From positions 21,452,001-21,516,000 of the forward strand of contig OX597823.1 in assembly GCA_951406725.2 (NCBI GenBank): a stretch of DNA of 64,000 nt, given 5' to 3'. This document shows, piece by piece, positions 57,149 through 64,000 of the stretch. The notes beneath the pieces were generated by a model. The model was not told where the DNA came from and did not search any database. It saw nothing but the letters and a program-made list of their open reading frames with translations. Position 1 is the stretch's first letter; each line of letters begins with the position of its first letter. The stretch comes from Octopus vulgaris. Lineage: Eukaryota. The translations under genes were made by a program, and so were the position numbers.

Positions 57149-57220
<72 letters not shown>

Positions 57221-57671
57221 AACGCGTGCACGCATGTGTATATATATCATATTAGAGAGAGAGAGAGATTACATATCTCTACAAACACACGCACACACAT
57301 CTTATATATCCAGCTTCCATTCCCTGTATAATCTGGGCTAATATCAAGGTTTATGTTCTTTACGTGGCGGGATCGTAATACTGACTACATTCGTTTCTAC
57401 TCTAGGTACAAGGCCCGAAATTTTGGGGGTGGGGACCAGTCGATTAGATCGACTCCAGTACGCAACTGGCACTTAATTTATCGACCCCGAAAGGATGAAA
57501 GGCAAAGTGGACCACGGCGGAATTTGAACTCTTTCTGTGTTCCTTTCTGCGGAAAAGCGTAGGCTCTAAACGTTAAAGACTTTTCCACTTCTCGAGCGTT
57601 ATACTAATACATCTGTTTGTTGTCTACACCACCTATCTTCGTCTTATGTTTTTTATTTTGTAAATTCTCCC

Positions 57672-57722
<51 letters not shown>

Positions 57723-57934
57723 CTATATAAATAAGGATAAGATTGTTATTTAAATATCGAACTTATCAAGTGGCCAGCATGGGAATAAAAACCTTCAAAG
57801 GTAATAATTATTATTAAAATTATAATTTAGGGAATCTAAGAGAAACGTCCACACTTGAAATAGCAGCCAAAACTTGATTCTAAAACCACATTAAAAGTTT
57901 TAATCTGGTTTTAGAGTCAAATCCGGGAAACGAT

Positions 57935-58840
57935 ATAATCGTTTCAAATTTTGTCACAAGGCCAGCAATTTTTGAGGAGGGTTAAGTCGATTACATCAGC
58001 CTCGGTGCTCAAATGGTACTTAATTTATCGTCTCCGAAAGAATAAAAGGCTAAGTCGACCCCAGCGGAATTTGATCTCAAAAAGTAAAGACGGATGAAAC
58101 GCCGCTAAGCATTTTGCTTGGCGTACTAACGGTTTTGCCAGCTCGTAGCCTTATATCCAGGAAACGATATCATTTCTTTGTTGCCCACAGAGGGTTAAAC
58201 ACAGATGGGACAAATAAGGAGAGACAAAGGAATTAAGTCGATTACATGGACCCCAGTATGTAACTGATACTTATTTAATCGATCCCGAAAGGATGAAAGA
58301 CAAAGTCGGCCTCGGCGGAATTTGAACTCAGAAGGAAATGATATGCTAACAAGATATTCTCAAACCTATGTAATTTTTGTGTTTTAAATAAAATATTCGT
58401 GGCACGGAATCTGAGTCAAACTAGAGAATAAGTTTCTCATTTATCTTTTATTTGTTTCAGTCAATTGTCAGCGGCTATGCTGGGGCATCCCTTTAAGTCT
58501 GATACTTATTTTATCGGATATTTTTGCTGAACTGATAGGTTACTGAGACGTAAATAAACGTACACCTGTCGCCAGGCGATGGTAGGAGATAAGTACAAAC
58601 ACAAAGACATACACACAAAGATACACATGCTCACACTCAATGACACACACACGTACGCACACACACACACATACACACATACACAACGGGCTTCCTCACA
58701 GTTTCCGCAAGTTCATTCACAAATCAAATGTCTGCCCGGAGCTATTGTAGAAGACACTTGCGCAAGGTGCCTCGCTGTGAGATTGAACCTGTTACCACCT
58801 GGTTGCAAAGTTAATGTTTTGAACCACAGAGCCATCCCTG
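57935..58840 (-). mobile_element. Two SINE B copies and an old SINE A copy
   Basis: Diverged matches to the family consensuses. Confidence 0.8.
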
Positions 58841-59056
58841 GATATGTTGAAATTACAATTAATGTATTTTGTGATTAGAAATGGTCCAGGTATTTTCGAT
58901 TGATATAAAGTTTATTTGTGTAACTGTAGGTAATGAGCTGTAACAAAATCTCATGATGTTCATGATGGATAAGCTTTGATATTTATGGAGGGAGGTAGAC
59001 TTATTTATTTGGCGACTACAAATAAGAATCCGTCTTGACACGCACACACAATTATA

Positions 59057-59211
<155 letters not shown>

Positions 59212-59594
59212 GCAGATAGATGGATACATTAATATATTCATACATACATATATAAAGTTATATATATATATATGTATGTATGTGTGTGTGTATATATGTA
59301 TGTATATGTGTATGTTCATGTATGTGTGTATGTTTGTATGTGCGTATCTGTGAATTTAGTCGCGCGTTACGTCAATATTTTTATATATCTTTGGCAAAGT
59401 CATCTAAAATTCGCTCTTTTGATGCCAGCTTCGTTCAAAATGGACGCCTTCTATGTATGTGTAGAGATACATAAGCAGAAGTTAATAGTCCATCAATTTA
59501 AATTACTTGCTTCTCTCTCCCTCTCTCTTTCTATCTAACTATCTATCTATCTATCTATCTATCTATTACCCTCTTCCAATCTCTCTTCCCACTC

Positions 59595-59632
<38 letters not shown>

Positions 59633-59768
59633 ACATCCGTGCGCGCGTGTGTGTAGGTGAATTTTATAGTTATGGAAAAGTTTTCACAATCTATACAAAT
59701 GTATATATATATATATATATGCACACTCACGCACATATATACATACATACATACATACATACATACAC

Positions 59769-59803
<35 letters not shown>

Positions 59804-59897
59804 CCTATATATACATAAACATACTCACCTATACGTGTCTGAATTTATGAGTATCTATATACCTATTTTCCAATCTATATACACATGTTTGTTTGTA

Positions 59898-59955
<58 letters not shown>

Positions 59956-60007
59956 ATTGTATTGGGATTTGGCAGACAGAAACTGAAAGATGCCCGTCGT
60001 ATATATA

Positions 60008-60412
60008 CACTTTTACTCTTTTGCTTGTTTCAGACATTTGACTGCGGCCATGCTGGAGCACCGCCTTCAGTCGAGGAAATAGACCCCAGGACTTATTCTT
60101 TGTAAGCCTAGTACGTATTCTATCGGTCTCTTTTGCCGAACCGCTAAGTTACGGGGACGTAAACACTTCAGCATCGGTTATCAATCGATGTTGGGGATCA
60201 AACACAGACACACAAACATATACACACACATACATATATATACATATATACGACGGGCTTCTTTCAGTTTCTGTCTACCAAATCCACTCACAAGGCTTTG
60301 ATCGGCCCGAGGCTATAGTAGAAGACACTTGCCCAAGTTGCCACGCAGTGGGATTGAACCCGGAACCATGTGGTTGGTAAGCAAGCTACATACCACATAC
60401 ACACACGCCTGC
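60008..60412 (-). mobile_element. SINE family A, full length
   Basis: Matches family A. Confidence 0.92.
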
Positions 60413-60437
60413 TACTATGTGTGTGTGTCTGTGCATG

Positions 60438-60743
<306 letters not shown>

Positions 60744-61394
60744 TACACACATCTAGCAGGCGACCACCCTTGCCCATGTTCCCATGGTCCGCTCAACACA
60801 CATACTACTTACACATTAGCTATTTGTTTATATTTCAGTTGCATTCTTTTCGTCTTTTTTCTTTCACATACAGATAAATCATTGCACCGACTACCCGTTG
60901 AGACATTCTTCGTTTTCAGTGATCAAATATCTCTCTTAGATGAACGTACGTTGTATCACCTTCGCTCATGTGCGTGTAACTACCATATAAATTTATAAAG
61001 AAGGTGATACTTGTATGTGCGTGTTAGCGTGCATATTGTGATGTAATTTCGTTTCCTATTATATAAGGATTCTTAGAATTAACTGTAAACAAGGAATTAT
61101 TTGCACAAAGTAAATTTAAGCAATTATTATAATGTATGCTGCTGGTGTCATCTTTAACCAATGTTTTGAATAAATTGTAAATTGACTTCCATTAAATTTC
61201 TAAGTCTTCATAAGCATCTTATTATGAAGTTATAACTTTTATAATAACATTTGTTATAGGCTAACATTCGTGACATTATCAAGATTTAATTTTGATCCGA
61301 TGTATTTCGTTGATTGTGTCAGGCTGCCATTCAGTACATTTCACAGGTTTCGAAGATTTCACTCTTTTATTCAATTAATGCGTGTTCCTTTCTT

Positions 61395-61451
61395 TTTATG
61401 ATTGACGTATATAACTACATACACGCATGCATACATACATAATACATACAG

Positions 61452-61502
<51 letters not shown>

Positions 61503-61579
61503 CATACATATATATATGAATATATATATATATACATACATATATATATATGAATATATATATACATATATATATACAC

Positions 61580-61616
<37 letters not shown>

Positions 61617-61692
61617 ATATATATTCGCATATATACACACAAACAACGAAGTTGCTGTTAAACAACTATAACAACAATAATAGTAGTAGTAA

Positions 61693-61768
<76 letters not shown>

Positions 61769-61827
61769 TATAATTATAATAATAATAATATTAATGATAA
61801 CAACAACAGCAACAACAACAACGAGAA

Positions 61828-61859
<32 letters not shown>

Positions 61860-62002
61860 AAAAGAAGAAGAGGAAGAAGAGGAAGAAGAAGAGGAAGAAG
61901 AAAAAGAAGAAGAGGAAGAAGAAAAAGAAGAAGAGGAAGAAGAAAAAGAAGAAGAGGAAGAAGAAAAAGAAGAAGAGGAAGAAAGAAGAAGAGAAGAAGA
62001 AA

Positions 62003-62036
<34 letters not shown>

Positions 62037-62082
62037 AGAAGAAGAAGAAGAAGAAGAAGAAGAAGAAGAAGAAGAAGAAGAA
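61395..62082. repeat. Compound microsatellite (TA)n-(AAT)n-(AAC)n-(GAA/GAG)n
   Basis: Direct reading; source of the poly-N/K/L/S/R ORFs. Confidence 0.97.
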
Positions 62083-62199
62083 CCATCTGACATGGAAAAG
62101 GAGTGATTGGGAGAAATGGTGATCTTGGTATGAATAGAATTAAGCACCTTCTTCTGACACATCCTCAAAAATACATAGTATAAAGGAAATCAGAGCCAG

Positions 62200-62720
62200 G
62201 GATCAGTAACTGATCTTGTGTTATTGTCTCTAATATCTTCGATTTTGTACTGGATGTTCGTGTAAAAAGAGAGGTTGGGCTGTCAACTGATTACCATTAA
62301 GTTGTCTTGCCCAAAAAACAAGGAGTCCTCCTACCATCTGGCATCTACTCCGATCCGCTTTTGCCCGCAGCATTTAACAGCTGAAATAGAGAACGAACTG
62401 TCTCAACTTCGTTTCAACGTCTTTTGTTCAGAAAGTTCTCTGAACTTGGATGCATCTCAAGGGCGAGTCCGTTTCGGCCTACATTATAAAATAGGAAGCG
62501 TTGGATGATAGGGAGGTCAGGACCAGGTACGCCCAAGGTTAGAGAATTTCCAGAACAAACTAAGAATGTTGAAACGAAAGTGGAGATTCTTCACTTTCTG
62601 CTTGAACTGCTAAGTGCTGCGGATGGAATCGGATCGGGTAGTGCCGGATTGCAGGAGGACTCCTTGATTCTATCAAGAGGTTAAATATGCCATCGGAGGA
62701 AAGAAGGAGCCTTACAAAGC
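62200..62720. mobile_element. Decayed Penelope-like RT C-terminal relic with inverted partial copy
   Basis: Plus strand LDVRVKREVGLSTDYH...PQH...LRFNVFCSE (cf. FLDV..LSTDLY..HP.H..LRLNRICS); 62320-62423 inverted at 62562-62666. Confidence 0.55.
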
Positions 62721-63470
62721 TTGGCTTGGAAATAAGTTTTCTTCCTTGGCCTTGCGATAAAAGCAAACACGAAAAGTCGCTGATGAGACTGTAAAGGTCT
62801 ACAAGATAAAAACACGAGAAGACTTTGAAGAGAGAGTACTTCACTCATATTTTCAACCCGGTCACAACATCTTCTGAAATATATAAGGCGTATCTAGGTA
62901 AAGGGACTGAAGGGTGACTCCTCGTTGCAGCCTCGCCTGAATATGACTTTCAGTTATTTTAACAACTATTGTAATTAGGGAGTCGTACTTCTGGCGTGTT
63001 ACCGCTGCAAAACGGTGAACAAGCAAAACACATACATTAAGTATGTGCGGTCGATAATGTTTACAACTCTAGCGCTGCTTTTAGTTCATAATTGAATTTA
63101 ATCTTATGTATGCATCGTCACTGCATGGCAGTAATAGTTTTTACATTATTCATATATAGTCATAGACTGGCAATTCACTTCGTCTCGGGTTCGATTCAAG
63201 TATATGATGTTGATAAGCCACAAAATTGGCAAAATATCAGTATCCATCACTCCTGAATGGATCTGGGACGTGTTGTCTTCATCTCCAACATAGGTGGAGG
63301 TTGTGGAAGAACAAAGAATACTGCGTTGTTTACCTTGACAAGATTTCTCATACACGTGGTACTTAAGAGCATTCATAACTATATCGTTGACAGAGGAGAA
63401 CCGTTTGCTACTACTGCGCGAACTGCCAGATCACGTGATTTTGGTTTTTATATTACTTCTGTCGCTATTA

Positions 63471-63473
<3 letters not shown>

Positions 63474-63556
<83 letters not shown>

Positions 63557-63578
63557 TATACATACATACACACATACA

Positions 63579-63612
<34 letters not shown>

Positions 63613-63733
63613 CATATATACATACACACACACATACATACAGACATACATACATACATACATACATACATACATACATACATACATACATACATACATA
63701 CATACATACATACATACATACATACATACATAC
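63474..63733. repeat. (CA)n(TA)n(CATA)n microsatellite
   Basis: Direct reading. Confidence 0.97.
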
Positions 63734-64000
63734 TGGCTGCACTTCATAATATAGCTTTAGATTTTAATCGAAAATTATAAATAAACACATGTATAAACGT
63801 CTTTCTCTGCAATGTTTCGACGACAGAGAAAGTGGGTTCATCCGAAATAGTTCCATTAATGCATTTGATTTTATCAGCAACCGTCTTTAACTATCCATGG
63901 AGACACAACTTATAAACTCAGTATTATTAAATGTATTAGTAAATAGGATTGGCCAGTTTGCATGTATGATGTATTCTTGGTCGTTTATGCGATAAATAAA

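Noticed and set aside
63801-63833. 9-bp hairpin CTTTCTCTG/CAGAGAAAG
   Set aside because: Short and low-complexity; no complete ribozyme core, and bacterial terminators are not relevant here.

Overview
AT-rich eukaryotic non-coding DNA. The SINE families and microsatellite load match what I recognise from Octopus genomes (inferred, not verified). No intact host gene is supported, and almost every ORF in the track is a microsatellite translation artefact. The window is a transposon graveyard: three abundant tRNA-derived SINE families; decayed pogo, Tc1/mariner and probable hAT transposases; Tigger and mariner MITEs; fragments of Tx1/L1, R4-like, RTE and CR1-like LINEs; and several Penelope-like (GIY-YIG/RT) relics. 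The main hidden signal is about a dozen minimal type-I hammerhead ribozyme motifs (CUGAnGA...GAAA plus a palindromic stem III). They lie in short, mostly non-coding modules embedded in (TA)n tracts, and several are arranged as long fold-back inverted repeats, one pivoting on the ribozyme stem II. There is also an orphan 57-bp G-U-rich hairpin and several local duplications.
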